A stretch of 64,000 bases of DNA from Eledone cirrhosa (Eukaryota). The first letter of the stretch is position 1; each line of letters starts with the position of its first letter. The stretch spans positions 206,584,001-206,648,000 of the forward strand of contig OZ024743.1 of the NCBI GenBank assembly GCA_964016885.1. The letters run 5' to 3'. The notes beneath the pieces are model-generated. The model saw only the letters and a list, made by a program, of their open reading frames with translations, searched no databases and was not told the origin of the DNA. Of this stretch, positions 24,809 through 41,344 are shown in pieces. The translations under genes were made by a program, and so were the position numbers.

Positions 24809-27800
24809 GATATTTGAAATATTTCGAAAAGTAGAAAAAAATAGATTATTTTAGGTTTTTCGAAAAATAGAATATTTTACGTTTTTGATCAAAAAAATCA
24901 ATTTTTGAAATATTTCGTAAAGTAGAAAAAAATAGATTATTTTAGGTTTTTCGAAAAATAGAATATTTTAGGTTTTTGATCAAAAAAAATCAATTTTTGA
25001 AATTTTTCGAAAAGTAGAAAAAAATAGATTATTTTAGGTTTTTCGAAAAATAGAATATTTTAGGTTTTTGATCAGAAAAATCAATTTTTGAAATATTTCG
25101 AAAAGTAGAAAAAAATAGATTATTTAAGGTCTTTCGAAAAATAGAATATTTTAGGTTTTTGATAAAAAAAAATCAATTTTTGAAATATTTCGAAAAGTAG
25201 AAAAAAATAGATTATTTTAGGGTTTTCGAAATATAGAATATTTTACGTTTTTGATCAAAAAAATCAATTTTTGAAATATTTCGAAAAGTAGAAAAAAATA
25301 GATTATATTAGGTTTTTCGAAAAATAGAATATTTTACGTTTTTGATCAAAAAAATCAATTTTTGAAATATTTCGAAAAGTAGAAAAAAATAGATTATTTT
25401 AGGTTTTTCGAAAAATAGAATATTTTAGGTTTTTGATCAAAAAAATCAATTTTTGAAATATTTCGAAAAGTAGAAAAAAATAGATTATTTTAGGTTTTTC
25501 GAAAAATAGAATATTTTAGGTATTTGATCAAAAAAATCAATTTTTGAAATATTTCGAAAAGTAGAAAAAAATAGATTATTTTAGGTTTTTCGAAAAATAG
25601 AATATTTTAGGTTTTTGATCAAAAAAATCAATTTTTGAAATATTTCGAAAAGTAGAAAAAAATATATTATTTTAGGTTTTTCGAAAAATAGAATATTTTA
25701 GGTATTTGATCAAAAAAATCAATTTTTGAAATATTTCGAAAAGTAGAAAAAAATAGATTATTTTAGGTTTATCGAAAAATAGAATATTTTACGTTTTTGA
25801 TCAAAAAAATCAATGTTTGAAATATTTCGAAAAGTAGAAAAAAATAGATTATTTTAGGTTTTTCGAAAAATAGAATATTTTAGGTTTTTGATCAAAAAAA
25901 ATCAATTTTTGAAATATTTCGAAAAGTAGAAAAAAGTAGATTATTTTAGGTTTTTCGAAAAATAGAATATTTTAGGTTTTTGCTCAAAAAAATCAATTTT
26001 TGAAATTTTTCGAAAAGTAGAAAAAAATAGATTATTTTAGGTTTTTCGAAATATAGAATATTTTAGGTTTTTGATCAAAAAAATCAATTTTTGAAATATT
26101 TCGAAAAGTAGATAAAAATAGATTAATTTAGGTTTTTCGAAAAATAGAATATTTTACGTTTTTGATCAAAAAAATTAATTTTTGAAATATTTCGAAAAGT
26201 AGAAAAAAATAGATTATTTTAGGTTTTTCGAAAAATAGAATATTTTAGGTTTTTGATCAAAAAAATCAATTTTTGAAATATTTCGAAAAGTAGAAAAAAA
26301 TAGATTATTTTAGGTTTTTCGAAATATAGAATATTTTACGATTTTGATCAAAAAAATCAATTTTTGAAATATTTCGAAAAGTAGAAAAAAATAGATTATA
26401 TTAGGTTTTTCGAAATATAGAATATTTTGAAATATTTCGAAAAGCAGAAAAAAATAGATTATTTTAGGTTTTTCGAAAAATAGAATATTTTAGGTTTTTG
26501 ATAAAAAAAATCAATTTTTGAAATATTTCAAAAAGTAGAAAAAAATAGATTATTTTAGGTTTTTCGAAATATAGAATATTTTACGTTTTTGATCAAAAAA
26601 ATCAATTTTTGAAATATTTCGAAAAGTAGAAAAAAATAGATTATATTAGGTTTTTCGAAAAATAGAATATTTTACGTTTTTGATCAAAAAAATCAATTTT
26701 TGAAATGTTTCGAAAAGTAGAAAAAAATAGATTATTTTAGGTTTTTCGAAATATAGAATATTTTACGTTTTTGATCAAAAAAATCAATTTTTGAAATATA
26801 TCGAAAAGTAGAAAAAAATAGATTATTTTAGGTTTTTCGAAAAGTAGAATATTTTACGTTTTTGATCAAAAAAATCAATTTTTGAAATATTTCGAAAAGT
26901 AGAAAAAAATAGATTATTTTAGGTTTTTCGAAAAGTAGAATATTTTACGTTTTTGATCAAAAAAATCAATTTTTGAAATATTTCGAAAAGTAGAAAAAAA
27001 TAGATTATTTTAGGTTTTTCGAAAAGTAGAATATTTTACGTTTTTGATCAAAAAAATCAATTTTTGAAATATTTCGAAAAGTAGAAAAAAATATATTATT
27101 TTAGGTTTTTCGAAATATAGAATATTTTACGTTTTTGATCAAAAAAATCAATTTTTGAAATATATCGAAAAGTAGAAAAAAATAGATTATTTTAGGTTTT
27201 TCGAAAAGTAGAATATTTTACGTTTTTGATCAAAAAAATCAATTTTTGAAATATTTCGAAAAGTAGAAAAAAATAGATTATTTTAGGTTTTTCGAAATAT
27301 AGAATATTTTAGGTTTTTGATCAAAAAAATCAATTTTTGAAATATTTCGAAAAGTAGAAAAAAATATATTATTTTAGGTTTTTCGAAAAATAGAATATTT
27401 TAGGTATTTGATCAAAAAAATCAATTTTTGAAATATTTCGAAAAGTAGAAAAAAAATAGATTATTTTAGGTTTTTCGAAAAATAGAATATTTTACGTTTT
27501 TGATCAAAAAAATCAATTTTTGAAATATTTCGAAAAGTAGAAAAAAATATATTATTTTAGGTTTTTCGAAAAATAGAATATTTTAGGTATTTGATCAAAA
27601 AAATCAATTTTTGAAATATTTCGAAAAGTAGAAAAAAAATAAATTATTTTAGGTTTTTCGAAAAATAGAATATTTTACGTTTTTGATCAAAAAAATCAAT
27701 TTTTGAAATATTTCGAAAAGTAGAAAAAAATAGATGATTTTAGGTTTTTCGAAAAATAGAATATTTTACGTTTTTGATCAAAAAAATCAATTTTTGAGAT

Positions 27801-30800
27801 ATTTCGAAAAGTAGAAAAAAATAGATTATTTTAGGTTTTTCGAAAAATAGAATATTTTAGGTTTTTGATAAAAAAAAATCAATTTTTGAAATATTTCGAA
27901 AAGTAGAAGAAAATAGTTTATTTTAGGTTTTTCGAAAAATAGGATAAAAAAAAATCAATTTTTGAAATATTTCGAAAAGTAGAAAAAAATAGATTATTTT
28001 AGGTTTTTCGAAATATAGAATATTTTACGTTTTTAATCAAAAAAATCAATTTTTGAAATATTTCGAAAAGTAGAAAAAAATAGATTATTTTAGGTTTTTC
28101 GAAAAATAGAATATTTTACGTTTTTGATCAAAAAAATCAATTTTTGAAATATTTCGAAAAGTAGAAAAAAATAGATTATTTTAGGTTTTTCGAAAAATAG
28201 AATATTTTACGTTTTTGATCAAAAAAATCAATTTTTGAAATATTTCGAAAAGTAGAAAAAAATAGATTATTTTAGGTTTTTCGAAATATAGAATATTTTA
28301 GGTTTTTGATCAAAAAAATCAATTTTTGAAATATTTCGAAAAGTAGAAAAAAATAGATTATTTTAGGTTTTTCGAAATATAGAATATTTTACGTTTTTAA
28401 TCAAAAAAATCAATTTTTGAAATATTTCGAAAAGTAGAAAAAAATAGATTATTTTAGGTTTTTCGAAAAGTAGAATATTTTAGGTTCAAAAAAATCAATT
28501 TTTGAAATATTTCGAAAAGTAGAAAAAAATAGATTATATTAGGTTTTTCGAAAAATAGAATATTTTACGTTTTTGATCAAAAAAATCAATTTTTGAAATA
28601 TTTCGAAAAGTAGAAAAAAATAGATTATTTTAGGTTTTTCGAAATATAGAATATTTTACGTTTTTAATCAAAAAAATCAATTTTTGAAATATTTCGAAAA
28701 GTAGAAAAAAATAGATTATTTTAGGTTTTTCGAAAAATAGAATATTTTACGTTTTTGATCAAAAAAATCAATTTTTGAAATATTTCGAAAAGTAGAAAAA
28801 AATAGATTATTTTAGGTTTTTCGAAAAATAGAATATTTTACGTTTTTGATCAAAAAAATCAATTTTTGAAATATTTCGAAAAGTAGAAAAAAATAGATTA
28901 TTTTAGGTTTTTCGAAATATAGAATATTTTAGGTTTTTGATCAAAAAAATCAATTTTTGAAATATTTCGAAAAGTAGAAAAAAATATATTATTTTAGGTT
29001 TTTCGAAATATAGAATATTTTACGTTTTTAATCAAAAAAATCAATTTTTGAAATATTTCGAAAAGTAGAAAAAAATAGATTATTTTAGGTTTTTCGAAAA
29101 GTAGAATATTTTAGGTTTTTGATCAAAAAAATCAATTTTTGAAATATTTCGAAAAGTAGAAAAAAATAGATTATTTTAGGTTTTTCGAAAAATAGAATAT
29201 TTTAGGTATTTGATCAAAAAAATCAATTTTTGAAATATTTCGAAAAGTAGAAAAAAAATAGATTATTTTAGGTTTTTCGAAAAATAGAATATTTTACGTT
29301 TTTGATAAAAAAAATCAATTTTTGAAATATTTCGAAAAGTAGAAAAAAATAGATTATTTTAGGTTTTTCGAAAAATAGAATATTTTAGGTTTTTGATCAA
29401 AAAAATCAATTTCTGAATTATTTCGAAAAGTAGAAAAAAATAGATCATTTTAGGTTTTTTGAAAAATAGAATATTTTAGGTTTTGGATCAAAAAAATCAA
29501 TTTTTGAAATATTTCGTAAAGTAGAAAAAAATAGATTATTTTAGGTTTTTCGAAAAATAGAATATTTTAGGTTTTTGATAAAAAAAAATCAATTTTTGAA
29601 ATTTTTCGAAAAGTAGAAAAAAATAGATTATTTTAGGTTTTTCGAAAAATAGAATATTTTAGGTTTTTGATCAGAAAAATCAATTTTTGAAATATTTCGA
29701 AAAGTAGAAAAAAATAGATTATTTAAGGTCTTTCGAAAAATAGAATATTTTAGGTTTTTGATAAAAAAAAATCAATTTTTGAAATATTTCGAAAAGTAGA
29801 AAAAAATAGATTATTTTAGGGTTTTCGAAATATAGAATATTTTACGTTTTTGATCAAAAAAATCAATTTTTGAAATATTTCGAAAAGTAGAAAAAAATAG
29901 ATTATATTAGGTTTTTCGAAAAATAGAATATTTTACGTTTTTGATCAAAAAAATCAATTTTTGAAATATTTCGAAAAGTAGAAAAAAATAGATTATTTTA
30001 GGTTTTTCGAAAAATAGAATATTTTAGGTTTTTGATCAAAAAAATCAATTTTTGAAATATTTCGAAAAGTAGAAAAAAATAGATTATTTTAGGTTTTTCG
30101 AAAAATAGAATATTTTAGGTATTTGATCAAAAAAATCAATTTTTGAAATATTTCGAAAAGTAGAAAAAAATAGATTATTTTAGGTTTTTCGAAAAATAGA
30201 ATATTTTAGGTTTTTGATCAAAAAAATCAATTTTTGAAATATTTCGAAAAGTAGAAAAAAATATATTATTTTAGGTTTTTCGAAAAATAGAATATTTTAG
30301 GTATTTGATCAAAAAAATCAATTTTTGAAATATTTCGAAAAGTAGAAAAAAATAGATTATTTTAGGTTTTTCGAAAAATAGAATATTTTACGTTTTTGAT
30401 CAAAAAAATCAATGTTTGAAATATTTCGAAAAGTAGAAAAAAATAGATTATTTTAGGTTTTTCGAAAAATAGAATATTTTAGGTTTTTGATCAAAAAAAA
30501 TCAATTTTTGAAATATTTCGAAAAGTAGAAAAAAGTAGATTATTTTAGGTTTTTCGAAAAATAGAATATTTTAGGTTTTTGCTCAAAAAAATCAATTTTT
30601 GAAATTTTTCGAAAAGTAGAAAAAAATAGATTATTTTAGGTTTTTCGAAATATAGAATATTTTAGGTTTTTGATCAAAAAAATCAATTTTTGAAATATTT
30701 CGAAAAGTAGATAAAAATAGATTAATTTAGGTTTTTCGAAAAATAGAATATTTTACGTTTTTGATCAAAAAAATCAATTTTTGAAATATTTCGAAAAGTA

Positions 30801-32493
30801 GATAAAAATAGATTAATTTAGGTTTTTCGAAAAATAGAATATTTTACGTTTTTGATCAAAAAAATCAATTTTTGAAATATTTCGAAAAGTAGAAAAAAAT
30901 AGATTATTTTAGGTTTTTCGAAAAATAGAATATTTTAGGTTTTTGATCAAAAAAATCAATTTTTGAAATATTTCGAAAAGTAGAAAAAAATAGATTATTT
31001 TAGGTTTTTCGAAATATAGAATATTTTAGGTTTTTGATCAAAAAAATCAATTTTTGAAATATTTCGAAAAGTAGAAAAAAATATATTATTTTAGGTTTTT
31101 CGAAAAATAGAATATTTTAGGTATTTGATCAAAAAAATCAATTTTTGAAATATTTCGAAAAGTAGAAAAAAATAGATTATTTTAGGTTTTTCGAAAAATA
31201 GAATATTTTACGTTTTTGATCAAAAAAATCAATTTTTGAAATATTTCGAAAAGTAGAAAAAAATAGATTATTTTAGGTTTTTCGAAAAATAGAATATTTT
31301 AGGTTTTTGATCAAAGAAATCAATTTTTGAAATATTTCGAAAAGTAGAAAAAAATAGATTATTTTAGGTTTTTCGAAAAATAGAATATTTTAGGTTTTTG
31401 ATCAAAGAAATCAATTTTTGAAATATTTCGAAAAGTAGAAAAAAATAGATTATATTAGGTTTTTCGAAATATAGAATATTTTGAAATATTTCGAAAAGTA
31501 GAAAAAAATAGATTATTTTAGGTTTTTCGAAAAATAGAATATTTTAGGTTTTTGATAAAAAAAATCAATTTTTGAAATATTTCGAAAAGTAGAAAAAAAT
31601 AGATTATTTTAGGTTTTTCGAAATATAGAATATTTTACGTTTTTGATCAAAAAAATCAATTTTTGAAATATTTCGAAAAGTAGAAAAAAATAGATTATAT
31701 TAGGTTTTTCGAAAAATAGAATATTTTACGTTTTTGATCAAAAAAATCAATTTTTGAAATGTTTCGAAAAGTAGAAAAAAATAGATTATTTTAGGTTTTT
31801 CGAAATATAGAATATTTTACGTTTTTGATCAAAAAAATCAATTTTTGAAATATTTCGAAAAGTAGAAAAAAATAGATTATATTAGGTTTTTCGAAAAATA
31901 GAATATTTTACGTTTTTGATCAAAAAAAATCAATTTTTGAAATATTTCGAAAAGTAGAAAAAAATAGATTATTTTAGGTTTTTCGAAAAATAGAATATTT
32001 TACGTTTTTGATCAAAAAAATCAATTTTTGAAATATTTCGAAAAGTAGAAAAAAATAGATTATTTTAGGTTTTTCGAAAAATAGAATATTTTAGGTTTTT
32101 GATCAAAAAAATCAATTTTTGAAATGTTTCGAAAAGTAGAAAAAAATAGATTATTTTAGGTTTTTCGAAATATAGAATATTTTACGTTTTTGATCAAAAA
32201 AATCAATTTTTGAAATATATCGAAAAGTAGAAAAAAATAGATTATTTTAGGTTTTTCGAAAAGTAGAATATTTTACGTTTTTGATCAAAAAAATCAATTT
32301 TTGAAATATTTCGAAAAGTAGAAAAAAATAGATTATTTTAGGTTTTTCGAAATATAGAATATTTTAGGTTTTTGATCAAAAAAATCAATTTTTGAAATAT
32401 TTCGAAAAGTAGAAAAAAATATATTATTTTAGGTTTTTCGAAAAATAGAATATTTTAGGTATTTGATCAAAAAAATCAATTTTTGAAATATTT
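24809..32493. repeat. SatB block B2 (7,685 bp), a composite of a B3-like first part and a B1-like second part
   Basis: 91-bp monomers. 24809-~29350 matches the start of B3. ~29308-32493 matches B1 (marker TTTCTGAATT, C at 12877 and 29413). Confidence 0.97.
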
Positions 32494-35400
32494 TAGTCAC
32501 AACTACTGTAAGACTACTGTGTCAGCACCACAGTCACAACTACTGTAAGACCACTGTATCAACACCATAGTCATAACTACCGTAAAACCACTGTTTCAAC
32601 ACCATAGTCACAACTACAGTAAGACCACTGTATCAACACGATAGTCATAACTATTGTAAGACCACTGTATGAACACCACAATCACAACTACAGTAAGACC
32701 ACAGTATCAACACCATAGTCACAACTACTGTAAGACAACTGTATGAAAACAATAGTCATAACTACCGTAAGACCACTGTATCAACACCATAGTCATAACT
32801 AATGTAAGACCACTGTATCAACACCATATTCACAACTACTGTAAGACCACTGTATCAACACCATAGTCATAACTACCGTAAGACCACCTTATCAACACCA
32901 TAGTCATAAGACCACTGTATCAACACCATAGTGACAACTACTGTAAGACCACTGTATCAACACCATAGTCATAACTACTGTAAGACCACTCTATGAACAC
33001 CACAGTCACAACTACAGTAAGACCACTTTATCAACACCATAGTCACAACTACTGTAAGACCACTGTATCAACACCATAGTCACAACTACTGTAAGACTAC
33101 TGTAAGACCACTGTATCAACACCATAGTCATAAATCCACTGTATCAACACCATAGTCACAATTACTGTAAGACAACTGTATCTACACCATAGTCACAACT
33201 ACTGTAAGAACACTGTATCAACACCACAGCTACAACTACTGTAAGACCACTGTATCAACACCACAGCCACAACTACTGTAAGACCATTGATTCAACACCG
33301 TAGTCACAACTACTGTAAGACTACTGTATCAACATCACAGTCACAACTACTGTAAGATCACTGTAACAACACCACAGCTACAACTACTGTAAGACCACTG
33401 TATCAACACCACAGCCACAACTACTGTAAGACCATTGATTCAACACTGTAGTCACAACTACTGTAAGACCACTGTATCAACACCACAGTCACAACGTCTG
33501 TAAGACCACTGTATCAACACAAAATTCACAACTACTGTAAGCCTACTGTATCAACACCATAGTCACAACTACTGTAAGACCACTGTATAAACACCATAGT
33601 CATAACTACTGTAAGACCACTGTATAAAATCCATAGTCACAACTACTGTAAGACCACTGTATCAACAATACAGTCACAACTACTCTAAGACCACTGTATC
33701 AACACCACAGTCACAACTACTGTAAGACCACTGTATCAACACCATAGTCATAACTACCGTAATACCACTGTATCAACACCATAGTCATAAGACCACTGTA
33801 TGAACACCATAGTTACAACTACTGTAACACCATTGTATCAACACCATAGTCATAACTACTGTAAGACCACTGTATCAACACCATAGTCATAAGACCACTG
33901 TATCAACACCATAGTCACAACTACTGTAATACCACTGTATCAACACCATAGTCACAACTACTGTAAGACCACTGTATCAACACCATAGTCATAAGACCAC
34001 TGTATCAACAACATAGACACAACTACTGTAAGACCACTGTATCAACACCATAGTCAAAACTACTATAGTACCACTGTATCAACACCATAGTCACAACTAC
34101 TGTAGTACCACTGTATCAACACCATAGTCACAACTACTGTAAGACCACTGTATCAACACCACGGTCACAACTACTGTAAGATCACTGTGTCAACACCATA
34201 GTCATAACGACCGTAAGACCACTGTATCAACACCATAGTCAAAAGACCACTGTATCAACACCATCGTCACAACTACTGTAAGACCACTGTATCAACACCA
34301 CAGTCACAACTACAGTAAGACCACTGTATCAACACCAGTCACAACTACTCTAAGACCACTGTATCAACACCACAGCCACAACTACTGTTAGACCACTGTA
34401 TCAACACAATAATCACAACTGTTGTAAGACCACGGTATCAACACCGTAGTCACAACTACTGTAAGACCACTGTATCAACACCACAGTCACAACGTCTGTT
34501 AGACCACTGAATAAACACCATAGTCACAACTACTGTAAGACCACTGTATCAACACCACAGTCACAGCTAGTCTAAGACCACTGTATCAACACCACAGTCA
34601 CAACTACTGTAAGCCCACTTATAGTCTAAGACCACTGTATCAACACCACAGTCACAACTACTGTAAGCCCACTTATAGTCATAACTACTGTAAGACCACT
34701 GTATCAACACCATAGTCATAACTACTGTAAGATCACTGTATCAACACCATAGTCACAACTACTGTAAGACTACTGTGTCAGCACCACAGTCACAACTACT
34801 GTAAGACCACTGTATCAACACCATAGTCACAACTACAGTAAGACCACTGTATCAACACGAAAGTCATAACTATTGTAAGACCACTGTATGAACACCACAA
34901 TCACAACTACAGTAAGACCACAGTATCAACACCATAGTCACAACTACTGTAAGACCACTGTATGAAAACAATAGTCATAACTACCGTAAGACCACTGTAT
35001 CAACACCATAGTCATAACTAATGTAAGACCACTGTATCAACACCATATTCACAACTACTGTAAGACCACTGTATCAACACCATAGTCATAACTACCGTAA
35101 GACCACCTTATCAACACCATAGTCATAAGACCACTGTATCAACACCATAGTGACAACTACTGTAAGACCACTGTATCAACACCATAGTCATAACTACTGT
35201 AAGACCACTCTATGAACACCACAGTCACAACTACAGTAAGACCACTTTATCAACACCATAGTCACAACTACTGTAAGACCACTGTATCAACACCATAGTC
35301 ACAACTACTGTAAGACTACTGTAAGACCACTGTATCAACACCATAATTATAAGTCCACTGTATCAACACCATAGTCACAATTAATGTAAGACAACTGTAT

Positions 35401-38400
35401 CTACACCATAGTCACAACTACTGTAAGAACACTGTATCAACACCACAGCTACAACTACTGTAAGACCACTGTATCAACACCACAGCCACAACTACTGTAA
35501 GACCATTGATTCAACACCGTAGTCACAACTACTGTAAGACTACTGTATCAACATCACAGTCACAACTACTGTAAGATCACTGTAACAACACCACAGCTAC
35601 AACTACTGTAAGACCACTGTATCAACACCACAGCCACAACTACTGTAAGACCATTGATTCAACACCGTAGTCACAACTACTGTAAGACCACTGTATCAAC
35701 ACCACAGTCACAACGTCTGTAAGACCACTGTATCAACACAAAATTCACAACTACTGTAAGCCTACTGTATCAACGCCATAGTCACAACTACTGTAAGACC
35801 ACTGTATAAACACCATAGTCATAACTACTGTAAGACCGCCGTATAAAATCCATAGTCACAACTACTGTAAGACCACTGTATCAACAATACAGTCACAACT
35901 ACTCTAAGACCACTGTATCAACACCACAGTCACAACTACTGTAAGAACACTGTATCAACACCATAGTCATAACTACCGTAATACCACTGTATCAACACCA
36001 TAGTCATAAGACCACTGTATGAACACCATAATTACAACTACTGTAACACCATTGTATCAACACCATAGTCATAACTACTGTAAGACCACTGTATCAACAC
36101 CATAGTCATAAGACCACTGTATCAACACCACAGTCACAACGTCTGTAAGACCACTGTATCAACACAAAATTCACAACTACTGTAAGCCTACTGTATCAAC
36201 ACCATAGTCACAACTACTGTAAGACCACTGTATAAACACCATAGTCATAACTACTGTAAGACCACTGTATAAAATCCATAGTCACAACTACTGTAAGACC
36301 ACTGTATCAACAATACAGTCACAACTACTCTAAGACCACTGTATCAACACCACAGTCACAACTACTGTAAGACCACTGTATCAACACCATAGTCATAAGA
36401 CCACTGTATCAACAACATAGACACAACTACTATAGTACCACTGTATCAACACCATAGTCACAACTACTGTAGTACCACTGTATCAACACCATAGTCACAA
36501 CTACTGTAAGACCACTGTATCAACACCACGGTCACAACTACTGTAAGATCACTGTGTCAACACCATAGTCATAACGACCGTAAGACCACTGTATCAACAC
36601 CATAGTCAAAAGACCACTGTATCAACACCATCGTCACAACTACTGTAAGACCACTGTATCAACACCACAGTCACAACTACAGTAAGACCACTGTATCAAC
36701 ACCAGTCACAACTACTCTAAGACCACTGTATCAACACCACAGCCACAACTACTGTAAGACCACTGTATCAACACAATAATCACAACTATTGTAAGACCAC
36801 GGTATCAACACCGTAGTCACAACTACTGTAAGACCACTGTATCAACACCACAGTCACAACGTCTGTAAGACCACTGAATAAACACCATAGTCACAACTAC
36901 TGTAAGACCACTGTATCAACACCACAGTCACAGCTAGTCTAAGACCACTGTATCAACACCACAGTCACAACTACTGTAAGCCCACTTATAGTCATAACTA
37001 CTGTAAGACCACTGTATCAACACCATAGTCATAACTACTGTAAGATCACTGTATCAACACCATAGTCACAACTACTGTAAGACTACTGTGTCAGCACCAC
37101 AGTCACAACTACTGTAAGACCACTGTATCAACACCATAGTCACAACTACAGTAAGACCACTGTATCAACACGATAGTCATAACTATTGTAAGACCACTGT
37201 ATGAACACCACAATCACAACTACAGTAAGACCACAGTATCAACACCATAGTCACAACAACTGTAAGACCACTGTATGAAAACAATAGTCATAACTACCGT
37301 AAGACCACTGTATCAACACCATAGTCATAACTAATGTAAGACCACTGTATCAACACCATATTCACAACTACTGTAAGACCACTGTATCAACACCATAGTC
37401 ATAACGACCGTAAGACCACTGTATCAACACCATAGTCAAAAGACCACTGTATCAACACCACCGTCACAACTACTGTAAGACCACTGTATCAACACCACAG
37501 TCACAACTACAGTAAGACCACTGTATCAACACCAGTCACAACTACTCTAAGACCACTGTATCAACACCACAGCCACAACTACTGTAAGACCACTGTATCA
37601 ACATAATAATCACAACTATTGTAAGACCACGGTATCAACACCGTAGTCACAACTACTGTAAGACCACTGTATCAACACCACAGTCACAACGTCTGTAAGA
37701 CCACTGAATAAACACCATAGTCACAACTACTGTAAGACCACTGTATCAACACCACAGTCACAGCTAGTCTAAGACCACTGTATCAACACCACAGTCACAA
37801 CTACTGTAAGCCCACTTATAGTCTAAGACCACTGTATCAACACCACAGTCACAACTACTGTAAGCCCACTTATAGTCATAACTACTGTAAGACCACTGTA
37901 TCAACACCATAGTCATAACTACTGTAAGATCACTGTATCAACACCATAGTCACAACTACTGTAAGACTACTGTGTCAGCACCACAGTCACAACTACTGTA
38001 AGACCACTGTATCAACACCATAGTCACAACTACAGTAAGACCACTGTATCAACACGATAGTCATAACAATTGTAAGACCACTGTATGAACACCACAATCA
38101 CAACTACAGTAAGACCACAGTATCAACACCATAGTCACAACTACTGTATGACCACTGTATGAAAACAATAGTCATAACTACCGTAAGACCACTGTATCAA
38201 CACCATAGTCATAACTAATGTAAGACCACTGTATCAACACCATATTCACAACTACTGTAAGACCACTGTATCAACACCATAGTCATAACTACCGTAAGAC
38301 CACCTTATCAACACCATAGTCATAAGACCACTGTATCAACACCATAGTGACAACTACTGTAAGACCACTGTATCAACACCATAGTCATAACTACTGTAAG

Positions 38401-41344
38401 ACCACTCTATGAACACCACAGTCACAACTACAGTAAGACCACTTTATCAACACCATAGTCACAACTACTGTAAGACCACTGTATCAACACCATAGTCACA
38501 ACTACTGTAAGACTACTGTAAGACCACTGTATCAACAACCATAGTCATAAGTCCACTGTATCAACACCATAGTCACAATTACTGTAAGACAACTGTATCT
38601 ACACCATAGTCACAACTACTGTAAGAACACTGTATCAACACCACAGCTACAACTACTGTAAGACCACTGTATCAACACCACAGCCACAACTACTGTAAGA
38701 CCATTGATTCAACACCGTAGTCACAACTACTGTAAGACTACTGTATCAACATCACAGTCACAACTACTGTAAGATCACTGTAACAACACCACAGCTACAA
38801 CTACTGTAAGACCACTGTATCAACACCACAGCCACAACTACTGTAAGACCATTGATTCAACACCGTAGTCACAACTACTGTAAGACCACTGTATCAACAC
38901 CACAGTCACAACGTCTGTAAGACCACTGTATCAACACAAAATTCACAACTACTGTAAGCCTACTGTATCAACACCATAGTCACAACTACTGTAAGACCAC
39001 TGTATAAACACCATAGTCATAACTACTGTAAGACCACTGTATAAAATCCATAGTCACAACTACTGTAAGACCACTGTATCAACAATACAGTCACAACTAC
39101 TCTAAGACCACTGTATCAACACCACAGTCACAACTACTGTAAGACCACTGTATCAACACCATAGTCATAACTACCGTAATACCACTGTATCAACACCATA
39201 GTCATAAGACCACTGTATGAACACCATAGTTACAACTACTGTAACACCATTGTATCAACACCATAGTCATAACTACTGTAAGACCACTGTATCAACACCA
39301 TAGTCATAAGACCACTGTATCAACAACATAGATACAACTACTGTAAGACCACTGTATCAACACCATAGTCAAAACTACTATAGTACCACTGTATCAACAC
39401 CATAGTCACAACTACTGTAGTACCACTGTATCAACACCATAGTCACAACTACTGTAAGACCACTGTATCAACACCACAGTCACAACTACTGTAAGATCAC
39501 TGTGTCAACACCATAGTCATAACGACCGTAAGACCACTGTATCAACACCACAGTCACAACTACAGTAAGACCACTGTATCAACACCAGTCACAACTACTC
39601 TAAGACCACTGTATCAACACCACAGCCACAACTACTGTTAGACCACTGTATCAACACAATAATCACAACTATTGTAAGACCACGGTATCAACACCGTAGT
39701 CACAACTACTGTAAGACCACTGTATCAACACCACAGTCACAACGTCTGTTAGACCACTGAATAAACACCATAGTCACAACTACTGTAAGACCACTGTATC
39801 AACACCACAGTTACAGCTAGTCTAAGACCACTGTATCAACACCACAGTCACAACTACTGTAAGCCCACTTATAGTCTAAGACCACTGTATCAACACCACA
39901 GTCACAACTACTGTAAGCCCACTTATAGTCATAACTACTGTAAGACCACTGTATCAACACCATAGTCATAGCTACTGTAAGATCACTGTATCAACACCAT
40001 AGTCACAACTACTGTAAGACTACTGTGTCAGCACCACAGTCACAACTACTGTAAGACCACTGTATCAACACCATAGTCACAACTACAGTAAGACCACTGT
40101 ATCAACACGATAGTCATAACTATTGTAAGACCACTGTATGAACACCACAATCACAACTACAGTAAGACCACAGTATCAACACCATAGTCACAACTACTGT
40201 AAGACCACTGTATGAAAACAATAGTCATAACTACCGTAAGACCACTGTATCAACACCATAGTCATAACTAATGTAAGACCACTGTATCAACACCATATTC
40301 ACAACTACTGTAAGACCACTGTATCAACACCATAGTCATAAGACCACTGTATCAACAACATAGACACAACTACTGTAAGACCACTGTATCAACACCATAG
40401 TCAAAACTACTATAGTACCACTGTATCAACACCATAGTCACAACTACTGTAGTACCACTGTATCAACACCATAGTCACAACTACTGTAAGACCACTGTAT
40501 CAACACCACGGTCACAACTACTGTAAGATCACTGTGTCAACACCATAGTCATAACGACCGTAAGACCACTGTATCAACACCATAGTCACAACTACTGTAA
40601 GACCACTGTATCAACACCACAGTCACAACTACAGTAAGACCACTGTATCAACACCAGTCACAACTACTCTAAGACCACTGTATCAACACCACAGCCACAA
40701 CTACTGTGAGACCACTGCATCAACACAATAATCACAACTATTGTAAGACCACGGTATCAACACCGTAGTCACAACTACTGTAAGACCACTGTATCAACAC
40801 CACAGTCACAACGTCTGTAAGACCACTGAATAAACACCATAGTCACAACTACTGTAAGACCACTGTATCAACACGACAGTCACAACTAGTCTAAGATCAC
40901 TGTATCAACACCATAGTCACAACTACTGTAAGACTACTGTGTCAGCACCACAGTCACAACTACTGTAAGACCACTGTATCAACACCATAGTCACAACTAC
41001 AGTAACACCACTGTATCAACACGATAGTCATAACTATTGTAAGACCACTGTATCAACACCAAAGTCATAAGACCACAGTATCAACACCATAGTCACAACT
41101 ACTGTAAGACCACTGTATGAAAACAATAGTCATAACTACCGTAAGACCACTGTATCAACACCATAGTCATAACTAATGTAAGACCACTGTAACAACACCA
41201 TAATCACAACTACTGTAAGACCACTGTATCAACACCATAGTCACGATATTTGAAATATTTCGATAGTCACAATAACTGTAAGAACACTGTATCAACACCA
41301 CAGTCATAACTACTGTAAGACCACTGTATCAACACCATAGTCAC
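32494..41344. repeat. SatA block A3 (8,851 bp), near-identical to A2
   Basis: Both junctions are offset exactly 16,536 bp from those of A2. One substitution noticed (T18325 vs A34861). Confidence 0.98.
41245..41262. other. Junction stutter, copy 3
   Basis: Same 18-mer, 100 bp before the junction at 41345. Confidence 0.95.

Larger units (their letters stand above)
3877..27438. repeat. Older ~12.1-kb tandem duplication (3877-15957 vs 15958-~27438)
   Basis: A2 begins with the haplotype found at 3877 (GTGTCAGCACC ... CCGTAAAACCACTGTTTC). The length difference 8,851 vs 8,813 is explained by one extra monomer (~21350) plus a 1-bp insertion (~22001). The last monomers of B1 match ~27120-27438. Confidence 0.88.
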